Source: a virus
Taxonomy: Duplodnaviria > Caudoviricetes
Length of the DNA stretch: 61,388 nucleotides
Strand: one strand, 5' to 3'
IMG/VR virus record: IMGVR_UViG_3300020042_009157
Location: 1 to 61,388 of that record
In this document: in pieces, positions 47,702 to 56,720 of the stretch
Numbering within the stretch: the first letter of the stretch is position 1
Layout of the letters: every line of letters starts with the position of its first letter
Notes under the pieces: model-generated
Databases searched by the model: none
Seen by the model: only the letters and a program-made list of their open reading frames with translations
What the model was told of the DNA's origin: nothing
Position numbers and translations under genes: made by a program

Positions 47702-48035
47702 TTCTGATCAATTTAAAAACGCGATTCGGGTAAAAACTTCTCCATTGACTAGCATCTAAGTCCCAAACTGCGACAACTCCTTGTCTGTTGTATTTAGTTG
47801 GTACTGAAGTTACATCTTTTAGAGTACATCTCATACGTCTAAACGATCCATCAGTCACTTTATAAAAGAAAAGTGTACAAATTCCTTTGTTTAGTTGATC
47901 CATTATTTCCATAACACCAGGATTAACAAATTCTTTAGGTCCAGAATCTTTTTTTTCTTGAATTTCAATGCTTGATCGGTCAACAAATTTCAATTCACCG
48001 ATTTCGCGTTGATCTTTTTCTTCGTTTTCTTTCAT
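47679..48035 (-). CDS. WYL_2/SH3-like beta-barrel protein
   Basis: FYKVTDGSFRRMRCTL..VWDLDASQWRSF. Confidence 0.75.
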   Translation of the reverse strand: MKENEEKDQREIGELKFVDRSSIEIQEKKDSGPKEFVNPGVMEIMDQLNKGICTLFFYKVTDGSFRRMRCTLKDVTSVPTKYNRQGVVAVWDLDASQWRSFYPNRVFKLIRNEKTDIQ

Positions 48036-48407
48036 TTATTCGTAAAACTCTGGATTTTTTTGTCCGTAAAGACGAATTAATTGACCTGCTGTGGCATTTG
48101 CTTCGTTTTCACATGCAGAACCAGTCTCTCCGTTTAATTCCTCACCGTTTACGTTCTGTTTATGGTGTACAAGTTCGTGTGCAATTGATCTGGCAACATC
48201 AAAAAGTGCTCGACCTTTCGCGTAAACCTTGATATTTTTAGAATTTGGACAATAATTTGCGGTTGTCATGTTACCGTCTCGTACTTGCACCAGTTGAATT
48301 TTTGGTGTATCTTGTAATTTCAGGTGATCACATGCAAATTGAACGAAATCGTCCAATTTTTCTTCTAACAGCATGGTGGTTTTTAGATATTGGTTGAATC
48401 CTAACAT
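48036..48407 (-). CDS. Zincin-like (HExxH) protein, capsid-targeting-like start
   Basis: RSIAHELVHHKQ..ENEAN; starts MLGFNQYL. Confidence 0.75.
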   Translation of the reverse strand: MLGFNQYLKTTMLLEEKLDDFVQFACDHLKLQDTPKIQLVQVRDGNMTTANYCPNSKNIKVYAKGRALFDVARSIAHELVHHKQNVNGEELNGETGSACENEANATAGQLIRLYGQKNPEFYE

Positions 48408-48415
48408 GACTCTAG

Positions 48416-48435
48416 TATTTATAGAAAGCTAAATA
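48416..48435. promoter_or_regulatory. Divergent late promoters
   Basis: TATAAATA on minus (48416-48423) and CTAAATA on plus (48429-48435). Confidence 0.65.
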
Positions 48436-48440
48436 TTCAT

Positions 48441-49043
48441 ATGAAATCATTTATACAACACCTTCAAGAACGTTCTCTATTAGCTCCCATGATGCTGTCT
48501 GCTGCGTTGGGTGCAGGAACTCCTCCAGAAGCACCAAAACCAACAGAACAGCCGGTTCAACAAACCGAACCAGCAAAAAAGCCAGCATGGCACGGTTTAA
48601 TTTCCGGTTCTGAAGGAATGCGAACCAAAGCGTATTGGGATCCAACCGGAAAAGTTTGGACGATTGGTAAAGGATCAACCACACATCCCAGTGGTGCTCC
48701 AGTAAAACAAGGTGATGTAATTAAACCAGAGCAAGCTGACGAGTATATGGAAAATTACGTAAACAAGAATTTAGTTCCAACTCTACAAAAGAAAATTCCA
48801 ACTTGGGATAAATTAAATTCTAACCAACAAGGCGCATTAATTTCTTTTGGTTATAATGTAGGACCAAACTTCTACGGTTCCAAAGGATTTCAAACCGTCA
48901 GTAAGTGTTTAAGTTGTCAGGAAAATTTGGGTGGTGTTCCAGATGCTTTAAAACTTTATAATAAGTCTGGTGGTAAAGTACTGCCAGGATTAACTACCAG
49001 AAGAGAAGCCGAAGGAACTCTCTGGAATACTCCGGCGAATTAA
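48441..49043 (+). CDS. GH24 phage lysozyme with capsid-targeting-like start
   Basis: SEG..AYWD..WTIG.G catalytic triad, NQQGALISFGYNVG, GLTTRREAE; starts MKSFIQHLQE. Confidence 0.9.
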   Translation: MKSFIQHLQERSLLAPMMLSAALGAGTPPEAPKPTEQPVQQTEPAKKPAWHGLISGSEGMRTKAYWDPTGKVWTIGKGSTTHPSGAPVKQGDVIKPEQADEYMENYVNKNLVPTLQKKIPTWDKLNSNQQGALISFGYNVGPNFYGSKGFQTVSKCLSCQENLGGVPDALKLYNKSGGKVLPGLTTRREAEGTLWNTPAN

Positions 49044-49879
49044 TTATACGTTCTTTTTGCATTTGCTTGCATTAATGGCTGGGTTCGTTCATTTACATCT
49101 AAACTAACACGCAAAGTTCCTCTAGCTCCTCTTTCTTTAGTTTCTGGTTTAAATTCTGGAGAACCAGCAGTACTCAATTCGTGAGGTTCGTGTGTAGTTG
49201 CATGTCCTATATGCCTTAAAAATGTATCTGCCAGATCACGAATTTTTTTGTTGCCTTTTTGTGTGTGATGCTGAGTGACGGCTACTCCCTGTCTAGATCC
49301 GGATATTGCAAAAGCAGTTCCTATTTGGCTCAATACATCTGGAATATGTGTTTTAACTTGTTCTGCTGCTACTTTTCTTTGTTCTGTGCCGGAAGCAGGA
49401 AACACTCTTTGTATTTTGTTTTTTTCACTTACTGCACCTAACCCAAATCTTTTTCCTAATTTTGCCATATATCTGGGAGTCATTTGTTTAACTCCACCAG
49501 ATTTTCTTGTAAATCCTATAGGTTCATCTGCAGCCAACTGATAATCGTTTTGATGTTTTCCGGGTTTTACTATTTTTGATGTTCTGTGAACATCTAATTT
49601 ACCTTTTAAATCGTAAGGTAATAATTGACCTTGCCATCTAACAATAACATCTCCTCTATGGCCAGATCCAGTTAATTGTGCTGGTTCATAAAATGAATAT
49701 TCGCCTTCTTGCAATTCGTCTGGTGACTTATTTTGGGCTCTTGTTATTTTTATTTGATTTCCATCAAAACTATAAGAAGGCGAATTCTCTAAAGCATTAG
49801 CATGAGCTTGCATAAACTCATGTTTTGCTTTTAGTTTTTTTTCTTGGTCTTCTATTAAATATTGAGCAAAAGAAAACAT
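49040..49879 (-). CDS. Hypothetical, capsid-targeting-like start
   Basis: Starts MFSFAQYLIE; GDV..YDLK may be a PD-(D/E)xK-like motif. Confidence 0.7.
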   Translation of the reverse strand: MFSFAQYLIEDQEKKLKAKHEFMQAHANALENSPSYSFDGNQIKITRAQNKSPDELQEGEYSFYEPAQLTGSGHRGDVIVRWQGQLLPYDLKGKLDVHRTSKIVKPGKHQNDYQLAADEPIGFTRKSGGVKQMTPRYMAKLGKRFGLGAVSEKNKIQRVFPASGTEQRKVAAEQVKTHIPDVLSQIGTAFAISGSRQGVAVTQHHTQKGNKKIRDLADTFLRHIGHATTHEPHELSTAGSPEFKPETKERGARGTLRVSLDVNERTQPLMQANAKRTYN

Positions 49880-49881
49880 TT

Positions 49882-51060
49882 TTATTTTCGTTGATTTGCT
49901 GGATGGCTAGCAGGAACAACTACAGGCGAACCGTTAAAGTCTGGCATCTTGACAGCAAAGTTACCAGCTCTTTTTAACATGGGCATTCCACCTTTGATAC
50001 GAAGACCAGCAATAAGACCTTCATTTTCTGGAATACCATGATACTTTTTATCAAGATGGCGATGATCATGAGTATCCGCATCGATTACAGTATACTTTTT
50101 TCCAGTCTTTTCATCCATCACATGTGAAGGTAGTGCATCTCCTGCTTTACCTTTACGACCACCACGAGCAGCAAACACCATTGCTACAGTTCCACCATTA
50201 TCTAAATGTTGACGGGCGTGGTGCCAGTTGCTCTCGGCCCCTTCAATACCGGTTGATGAAAGAGTTAAATGGTAGTTTGCAGGAAGTTGTTTCTTGCTGC
50301 CATCCGGATTAAGAACACGACCAGCAATCTTGGTGTAATCGTAAAATTGTGTGTTTGGATGCTCGCTAAAAACTTCTGGATGAAGCTTTTCGTGAGGAAT
50401 ATCTGAAACCACGTTTAGACGGACTGCAGCTTTCTTTCCTTGTTTTGTGGCTGCTCTTTCGTGTGCGTCAATTTCATGGTGCACAACAGTCATAAATTCT
50501 GATGGTTTATCTAACAACATATCAGTGCGTTCTAGACGTGCTTTTTGTACGCTGCTCATTGCACCACGGCCTGCTTTGTTTAGACACGCCGCACGACATT
50601 CTTCAGTTGCACATGAACAAGTGTTTACACGACCAGACTCGTTTGAAGGCGAAAGCGAAAGACCAATAGTTTTATATTCAGGAATAGTTTCGCTTTCTTT
50701 AGCCAATTTAGGATTACTGCCTTCAGCACCAAATAATCTACGTTTCTTTAATCCGGTTGCTTCGCGTGCAGCCTTTTCTGCTCCTGCAGCCTTCCATGCG
50801 CCGCCTTTAATTTTATCAAATCCTGCTTTGACTGTGCCCCAAGAAACGCTTCCTGGTTTTTCTGCAGCCATCTGAGGAAGTGAAATGGTTTGTTCGGTTA
50901 AGAAATCAACATACTCGGCAAACTCGTAAATGCTAACAATTTCTTCTTGTGTTACATCACAAGTTTCGCATGCAGTACCAACATTATTTAAAACTTCGGT
51001 CATGGTTCTGAATTGTCTACCAATAACACGCTCTACTAGATTTTTATTAAATGGATTCAT
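49882..51060 (-). CDS. GP88-like Cys-motif (radical-SAM-like) protein
   Basis: TCSCATEECRAACL, VRLNVVSD, QFYDYTK, NYHLTLS. Confidence 0.8.
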   Translation of the reverse strand: MNPFNKNLVERVIGRQFRTMTEVLNNVGTACETCDVTQEEIVSIYEFAEYVDFLTEQTISLPQMAAEKPGSVSWGTVKAGFDKIKGGAWKAAGAEKAAREATGLKKRRLFGAEGSNPKLAKESETIPEYKTIGLSLSPSNESGRVNTCSCATEECRAACLNKAGRGAMSSVQKARLERTDMLLDKPSEFMTVVHHEIDAHERAATKQGKKAAVRLNVVSDIPHEKLHPEVFSEHPNTQFYDYTKIAGRVLNPDGSKKQLPANYHLTLSSTGIEGAESNWHHARQHLDNGGTVAMVFAARGGRKGKAGDALPSHVMDEKTGKKYTVIDADTHDHRHLDKKYHGIPENEGLIAGLRIKGGMPMLKRAGNFAVKMPDFNGSPVVVPASHPANQRK

Positions 51061-51072
51061 TTTACTTTCCTC

Positions 51073-51792
51073 TTATAAACTAAGTCTTTGATCTTGTTTC
51101 AATCTGAGATATTCTGTAATTTTATCTAGGTATCCTAGATTACGTAATTCTTTGAACACCAAGTTTTCAATAGAGAACTCGCCGCCTTGTTTCAGGGCAG
51201 CAGAACGCATCTCGCTGAATTTAGTTTTCAAAGTTTCGAACGCTCCGTCTTCTGCGCTGGTGTTGATTAGTGTGTCAATTTTTTCCACGTACTGTTCAAC
51301 TTTACGCTTGATGGCAGGGTCTCTCAGATTGACTTCTTTCTTTACCGGTTGAACCAACCACTTATCATTCTTTACGCTGTACACGCCTTGATCTTTGGTG
51401 TAAGGCGTGTCTTTATCTTGAGCGTACAGTTCAACATCGTGACCGTAGATTTTAATATCGTGGACGAGCCCCCATAGCTGTTTCTTGCCACGTAGGTACT
51501 CGTCAAGTAGTCCTTCGCATTCTGGAATTTTATCCATGTCAACCACAACGTGCAGATCAATATCTGAATACGGTGTATAATTGTAATTAGCATTACCACC
51601 AACCAGAATAACGTCAGTAACGGCAGCTGGAGGAATCTTGGCGAATCCTGCCCAGGTTCTGGCAATCATCATAAGTTTAGCATTTACTTCTGCACGTAAC
51701 GAATTACCGTCCCAAATCTTAGGATTTAGCTTGTCGTGGTACTGAAGGGTCAGTTGCGTGAGTTCTTGTAATATTTGGCTAAAGCCTTTCAT
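51073..51792 (-). CDS. Pol-beta-superfamily nucleotidyltransferase, capsid-targeting-like start
   Basis: LVGGNANYNY..SDIDLH..VELYAQD; start MKGFSQILQE after CATAAATA at 51798-51805. Confidence 0.8.
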   Translation of the reverse strand: MKGFSQILQELTQLTLQYHDKLNPKIWDGNSLRAEVNAKLMMIARTWAGFAKIPPAAVTDVILVGGNANYNYTPYSDIDLHVVVDMDKIPECEGLLDEYLRGKKQLWGLVHDIKIYGHDVELYAQDKDTPYTKDQGVYSVKNDKWLVQPVKKEVNLRDPAIKRKVEQYVEKIDTLINTSAEDGAFETLKTKFSEMRSAALKQGGEFSIENLVFKELRNLGYLDKITEYLRLKQDQRLSL

Positions 51793-51851
51793 ACCAATAT
51801 TTATGATATATTTTTTATTGACTTTTCTTGAAAAAGTAGTATATTGTATTG

Positions 51852-52484
51852 ATGAACAACAGTTTAGCCAATCTGTTAGGATTAACAGAACAAGAACTTT
51901 TGGAAATTGCACTGGAAAATACTAGTGCAATGGGATTTTTTGAAGGATACGCCTCGGAATCCCATTTTAAAAAGTTCGTTCAAACCAATCCTAAAATTAC
52001 AAATAACTATAAACCAGGCGATCACAATCTGGTTAAAAAGGGTGATCGGGTTTGTGTGTATCAAGACACTGAAATTACCTTTGAATTAAAAACAATTATT
52101 ACTGATCATTCAGTGTCCACCAGAACAATTAAAAAAAATATAGACGTATTTGGTGAAGTTAGTTACAGCGGAGCTTTCAGAACCAGAGGTTCCCGTAAGC
52201 GACAGATTACATTTTCTGACGGAAGTACTATTGAAACGTACAACAACAAACGAGGCCAGTTTGATGCGTTTGCTGTGTGTGTTCGTCCGTTCACAGGAAA
52301 GTGGGAATGGATGTACTGTTTGGAGTCTGATATTCCATCATGTAATAATTCTGAATTAACACCAATACAGAACATAGAATTATTGCGTCCATTCGTGCTG
52401 GTGCAGTGGCCACCAAAAGATTATTGGACAGACTCTCTGGATGAAATTCTAGAACGAGCTTGTGCAAATCAACCGGTTAATTGA
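51852..52484 (+). CDS. PD-(D/E)xK restriction-endonuclease-like protein
   Basis: GYASE..DH..KKGD..FELKT..QFDAFAV; leaderless behind its own promoter at 51818-51845. Confidence 0.65.
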   Translation: MNNSLANLLGLTEQELLEIALENTSAMGFFEGYASESHFKKFVQTNPKITNNYKPGDHNLVKKGDRVCVYQDTEITFELKTIITDHSVSTRTIKKNIDVFGEVSYSGAFRTRGSRKRQITFSDGSTIETYNNKRGQFDAFAVCVRPFTGKWEWMYCLESDIPSCNNSELTPIQNIELLRPFVLVQWPPKDYWTDSLDEILERACANQPVN

Positions 52485-52499
52485 TTTTTTATATAAAAT

Positions 52500-52528
52500 G
52501 AAAACCCCCGGATTTCTCCGAGGGTTTC
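52500..52528. terminator. Terminator between convergent genes
   Basis: AAACCCCCGGA-TTTC-TCCGAGGGTTT, one mismatch. Confidence 0.7.
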
Positions 52529-52551
52529 CAAAGACCTAAGAGATTACAGGA

Positions 52552-52710
52552 TCACTTGGCGGCGCAAGCACTCACAGCAGCAACCCCAGACCACACCCAA
52601 GCAATGGTCTTTACAGCGTAGGGAAGCACAGCAAGAAACAGCGCAACTTGAAGAGGATTCTTCCAGCAGAATCCACCGCTAACCGGACATGACTTATTAT
52701 TAGTACTCAT
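52552..52710 (-). CDS. 52-aa membrane protein (not in ORF track)
   Basis: AAAGGAG RBS; MSTNNKSCPVSGGFCWKNPLQVALFLAVLPYAVKTIAWVWSGVAAVSACAAK. Confidence 0.7.
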   Translation of the reverse strand: MSTNNKSCPVSGGFCWKNPLQVALFLAVLPYAVKTIAWVWSGVAAVSACAAK

Positions 52711-52793
52711 TAGTGTCTCCTTTATAAAATGCCTTCCCGAAAGAAGGTAGAATATCTAGCAGGATTCCACTATTTTTTCCGTTTCAGAAAAAC

Positions 52794-53339
52794 TTAAAAA
52801 ACTTCGTTTACAGCGTGAATAACGCCTTTTTGAATACCAGCATTTGGAAAAACTGCGTGAACTGTCTTTAAGTAGTCTTTCAGGTTCTGGTTACGCTGCC
52901 ACGAGTCTTTCTTGGTTTGTTTTCCCACACCACTCTTATCGCCAGGATATACGGATATAAACAATCTACCACCCGGCTTCAAGTGTGATTGTGCAGTTTT
53001 CAGCACGTCAAGATGAACTTCTGGTTCTTTAATTGTGTTGAGCACGTTGAATAAAGTCACAGTGTCTGCGCCTCCGCGAGCCTTCACGGTTTCCGCCACT
53101 TTTTTATTGTGTTCTTCTGGACGATTGAACGGATCCAGCACGTGACTTTCCACTCCGTGTCCTGCTAAGAATTTCACACCGTGATCGTACTTGCCACCAC
53201 CCAGATCCACGTTCAGTGTGTCCGGCTTCCATCCAATATGTTTGGCAACCGTGCTGAACCCTTTGGCCACTTGTGATTGTGAGGTTCCGGCAGACGAAAA
53301 TTCTTGAGCTTCTTGTAAGTGTTGTTTAAATGTTTTCAT
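52794..53339 (-). CDS. Class I SAM-dependent methyltransferase, capsid-targeting-like start
   Basis: VDLGGG, LDPF, FNVLN, HLKPGGRL; starts MKTFKQHLQE. Confidence 0.82.
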   Translation of the reverse strand: MKTFKQHLQEAQEFSSAGTSQSQVAKGFSTVAKHIGWKPDTLNVDLGGGKYDHGVKFLAGHGVESHVLDPFNRPEEHNKKVAETVKARGGADTVTLFNVLNTIKEPEVHLDVLKTAQSHLKPGGRLFISVYPGDKSGVGKQTKKDSWQRNQNLKDYLKTVHAVFPNAGIQKGVIHAVNEVF

Positions 53340-55140
53340 CAGGATCTCCATGCGGGAAATATTCAGTTTTTCTTAAATGTAAATCTTTATTTTGTCGTGC
53401 TAAGTCCATGTGTTTACTTGGATCAAATGATGGATGATACAATAACATTTGCCGTGTGTATTTACTGTACTTATCTGGATTTTCTAAGGCTGTAGTAATA
53501 TGGGACGGTGTTATAAGATCTGTAAAATTTTTACCTTCGCGAGTCCAAGGCGGGCTATGTGCAGGACGGGGATGTAATTCATTTATTGTATCTGCATACC
53601 ACTTTATCGCATCCATGTGCGCATCGCCTGTAATTGGTTTGTTTTCAAATTCTTTTTTGGCGTTTTCATTAAAACGAGGTTCTGTGTGTTGTAGTATGGT
53701 GTGAACGTGTGCTGGAGATAAATGTGGTACATTTTCTGGTTTGGTTAATCGAGAACGTACACGTTCATCTGGATCTGCTGCTAGCTTATTGGTCTGATCG
53801 TGCGATAAAAGTCCGCGTCGTAATCCCCAATTTATAGTATTAATACGAACCAAATGGCTTGGGTGTTCCAATGCTGCGTCTACGTGTTCTGGTCCTAGTT
53901 GTTTAAGTAATTTATTGTCAAAATGAGGAAGAGCGTTTTCTGCAACTCTTGAATCTGGATCTTTAATTGCTCGCATCACGTGTTCTGGTTTCCACTTTTT
54001 GCGAGCACCTAATACTCGCATTTCAAGATCAGAATGGGTTTGCAGATGTTCCATAGTTGCGTCATCCATCACTTCATTTTGTTGGAAACTTGCCAATTGA
54101 TCTAAATGTTCTTCGGCTTGTTTTGCTGTTTGTGTTCCGTTACGGATAAGAGCGTTTCGTAGATTTGACAGATTACCCAAAGTGTGATCACTGGCTCCAG
54201 TTCTGGGATGGTACGCACGAAAGTGCTGTATCATGGCTGCGTTAACAGTGTCTTCTGGTGAATCGGGTTTGCTGCCTTTAGCCAATCTGGGGGTCAACAT
54301 TTCAGTTTGTGTTATTGGTTCATCTGCCAGTATAAAGTCGTGCAAGTCTCGTATACCGTGTATGCTGGCGCGAGCATGTGGATCTTTAATTTCTGGAAGT
54401 GGACGTTCAGGATCAGACAGCGGAGCTGAGTAGTGTTGTCTGTGAACCGGCTGATCAGTTTCATCCATGAATTGGAATGAACCTGGATCTGTAGGCAAGT
54501 GCATCTGATACCGTTCACCTTTACGTAGCGGATTTTTTGGAATCAGTGAGTACAAAGGAGCTTGACCACTGTAGTGTCCAAACATATTGTGTCCGCCAGC
54601 ACTTGCAGTACACCAACTAGTACCTTTACCTACTGCACACGCTGCCTCTTTAGTTTTAGGTTGAACCACAGTCCAGTGTTCGTTTTCACCGTGAACAGTA
54701 TACTCTTCTGGTTTTAAATGTTCTAGTGATTCTTGTGAAGCTGGATACACTTTTGCAAGATGAGCGTGTAGTGCACCGGCTCCTTGAATTCTGGCTAAAC
54801 TGGCGTCACTCTTACCTTCTGTTCTGGCTTGACGTAAACGTTTCAGATTGGGAATCACGGTGGATTGTACGTCTTCGGCTCGTTGGATACCTCCACCGTG
54901 CAGATTCTTTAACACCCAACGACCTTCGTCTGTGTTTAGATCTTCCATTCCTAGTTCACGTGACAGGTAATTTGTTACGTGTTCTGGAGTTCCGTGACCC
55001 GGCTCCTTACCAATATTCATGTATGTGGTGCTGAGTCCTGCACGGTCAAGTAATTTTTTTGTGTTCTGACCAACAAACTGATGCCACGCTTTATTTTCAA
55101 GCAGGAACGTTTCTTTCAGATATTGAAGGAACGATAACAT
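53326..55140 (-). CDS. WCT-motif (PcfJ-like) domain plus HEAT-like repeats, capsid-targeting-like start
   Basis: VVQPKTKEAACAVGKGTSWCTA; A..DPD.RVR repeats; starts MLSFLQYLKE. Confidence 0.75.
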   Translation of the reverse strand: MLSFLQYLKETFLLENKAWHQFVGQNTKKLLDRAGLSTTYMNIGKEPGHGTPEHVTNYLSRELGMEDLNTDEGRWVLKNLHGGGIQRAEDVQSTVIPNLKRLRQARTEGKSDASLARIQGAGALHAHLAKVYPASQESLEHLKPEEYTVHGENEHWTVVQPKTKEAACAVGKGTSWCTASAGGHNMFGHYSGQAPLYSLIPKNPLRKGERYQMHLPTDPGSFQFMDETDQPVHRQHYSAPLSDPERPLPEIKDPHARASIHGIRDLHDFILADEPITQTEMLTPRLAKGSKPDSPEDTVNAAMIQHFRAYHPRTGASDHTLGNLSNLRNALIRNGTQTAKQAEEHLDQLASFQQNEVMDDATMEHLQTHSDLEMRVLGARKKWKPEHVMRAIKDPDSRVAENALPHFDNKLLKQLGPEHVDAALEHPSHLVRINTINWGLRRGLLSHDQTNKLAADPDERVRSRLTKPENVPHLSPAHVHTILQHTEPRFNENAKKEFENKPITGDAHMDAIKWYADTINELHPRPAHSPPWTREGKNFTDLITPSHITTALENPDKYSKYTRQMLLYHPSFDPSKHMDLARQNKDLHLRKTEYFPHGDPDENI

Positions 55141-55352
55141 CAGTCAGACCCGCCCACCATTTTTGCGATCTCGGGATTTTCCAGTTCTTTCGCCGGTTTT
55201 TTTTTCAGAATAGGTTTTTGTTTGTCGCGCAGCCAGCTTTGGTAGTACAGCTCTAGTTCAGGTTCTGACATCGGCTTTTGTTCTGGTGCACCTGCGTAGT
55301 CTGCGTCTTTGGGTTGTTCGTCTTCTGAGATGTACTGTAAAAATGATTTCAT
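55140..55352 (-). CDS. Small hypothetical, capsid-targeting-like start
   Basis: Starts MKSFLQYISE; TGATG coupling on both sides. Confidence 0.75.
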   Translation of the reverse strand: MKSFLQYISEDEQPKDADYAGAPEQKPMSEPELELYYQSWLRDKQKPILKKKPAKELENPEIAKMVGGSD

Positions 55353-55654
55353 CAGCAGTTCCACTTTCTTAAAGATTTATTGATACGTGAGTCTGGATCA
55401 CGTGCTGTTTTGGCAGACGTTAGTTTCTCTTTCATGCCTTTCATTCGGCGACAGAATGAGAGTCTGCGCTTGGCTTTTTTGGAGCCCTTTTTTAATTTTT
55501 TTGGATCGGTAGTGACAGCAGTTTGTAGTTTGCTGCCCGGGTTTTCACGGCGATAAGACTCAACGCCTTTTTTATTCAAACCACCTTCCGGATCTTTACC
55601 CGCTTTCCTGGTCCATGCGGCAGACTCTGAAACGTATTCAAGAAACGATTTCAT
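55352..55654 (-). CDS. DUF6321-like basic protein, capsid-targeting-like start
   Basis: AWTRKAGKDPEGGLN..RRLSFC.RM..DPDSRINKSLRKWNC; starts MKSFLEYVSE. Confidence 0.8.
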   Translation of the reverse strand: MKSFLEYVSESAAWTRKAGKDPEGGLNKKGVESYRRENPGSKLQTAVTTDPKKLKKGSKKAKRRLSFCRRMKGMKEKLTSAKTARDPDSRINKSLRKWNC

Positions 55655-55655
55655 A

Positions 55656-56021
55656 TCAATACCCGTCGTTTCCACGTGGAACCAGATTGCTGAATCGGCG
55701 GTTAGCAAATCCAGGTTTTTCTGCACCAGCCATTTGACCGGCATAGCCTGCAGCCTTTTCGCCAACCCGTTCTAAGCGTTCCACATGAGCGAATATTCCA
55801 CCAACAGTGACAGGTGGCTCACTGGCTTCTGCTGCTGTGCGAGCACGATTCAGCACACGAGGTGTACGTAGTTGTTGTTCACGAGTCACGTCTTGGCGTG
55901 CAAGTATGTTCTGTCTTCGGTCGATAGCCGAACCGGTTTCTGCTTGTTTTTCTGTGGCTTTAAGAACTCGCAGTTTACGTTGAATGCCTGCTTCTGAAAG
56001 GTGTTGTAGAAATGTTTTCAT
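55656..56021 (-). CDS. Hypothetical, capsid-targeting-like start
   Basis: Starts MKTFLQHLSE. Confidence 0.72.
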   Translation of the reverse strand: MKTFLQHLSEAGIQRKLRVLKATEKQAETGSAIDRRQNILARQDVTREQQLRTPRVLNRARTAAEASEPPVTVGGIFAHVERLERVGEKAAGYAGQMAGAEKPGFANRRFSNLVPRGNDGY

Positions 56022-56022
56022 T

Positions 56023-56553
56023 TTAAGGATTTGCCTTTGGTGTGTAATAATTATTGTCTACTGTTGGATCATCACCACGAACTTTAAGGCGATTTTGATC
56101 AAGACGATAATCACCTTCAACGGTTGGTGTACTATTCAGTGTATTCTTAATAGCGTTCTTTACCTTACCAAGTCCTGTAACGTTATCAATTGAATAATTG
56201 TTGTATTTGGTTGGATCAAGACGATATTCACCATCAACGCTTGGATTGGTTTTAATAGTATTAGTAACAGTAGATTTCATTTTATCAATCCCTGTAATAT
56301 TGTCTAACGATGGATTGTAGTATTTTGTTGGTGGTTCTGATAAAGGTATTTGACCAGAACTCGTGTTTGTTACTATTCGTAATGTATTTACTTTATTAAT
56401 GCGTTCTACGTCTTCTGGATCTTGGTATGGAATCCCTGGTTGCAATGGTTGTGCTGGAGGAGGAATCTCAGTTTTTACAGTACTTGGCGGTGGTACACGT
56501 TGTTCTGTGATTTGACGAACAGTTTCTACTAGTTTACGGGTAATGGGATCCAT
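56023..56553 (-). CDS. Hypothetical with two tandem 39-aa repeats
   Basis: PTKY.N.S.DN.TG..K.K....NT....P.V.G.YRLD x2; starts MDPITRKLVE. Confidence 0.72.
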   Translation of the reverse strand: MDPITRKLVETVRQITEQRVPPPSTVKTEIPPPAQPLQPGIPYQDPEDVERINKVNTLRIVTNTSSGQIPLSEPPTKYYNPSLDNITGIDKMKSTVTNTIKTNPSVDGEYRLDPTKYNNYSIDNVTGLGKVKNAIKNTLNSTPTVEGDYRLDQNRLKVRGDDPTVDNNYYTPKANP

Positions 56554-56572
56554 AGGTGTTTTCCTTTTTTAT

Positions 56573-56580
56573 TATTTATA
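56573..56580 (-). promoter_or_regulatory. T4-like late promoter TATAAATA heading the cargo cassette
   Basis: Exact consensus, then AAAGGAAAA RBS and ATG 56553. Confidence 0.8.
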
Positions 56581-56586
56581 AAATCT

Positions 56587-56720
56587 CAACCGGGGGATCC
56601 GTACGGAAATCAGAAGGGGGGTATGGGGGAGGGTGTGTTATTTGTAAATTTAGAAACTCGGTGCAACCGGGGGATCCGTACCGAATTTCAATAGGGGGGT
56701 ACCGGGGGGTCTGCGTTATT
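56587..56720 (+). repeat. G-rich direct repeat at the AT/GC boundary
   Basis: CAACCGGGGGATCCGTAC at 56587 and 56664, each followed by G-runs and GTTATT. Confidence 0.8.

Noticed and set aside
51073-51792. CCA-adding enzyme for the CCA-less tRNAs
   Set aside because: Only the generic pol-beta motif is present; CCA-enzyme signatures and size are lacking.
51852-53339. Restriction-modification pair
   Set aside because: The MTase lacks DPPY/NPPY or PC motifs, carries a capsid leader and is in a different transcription class from the nuclease.
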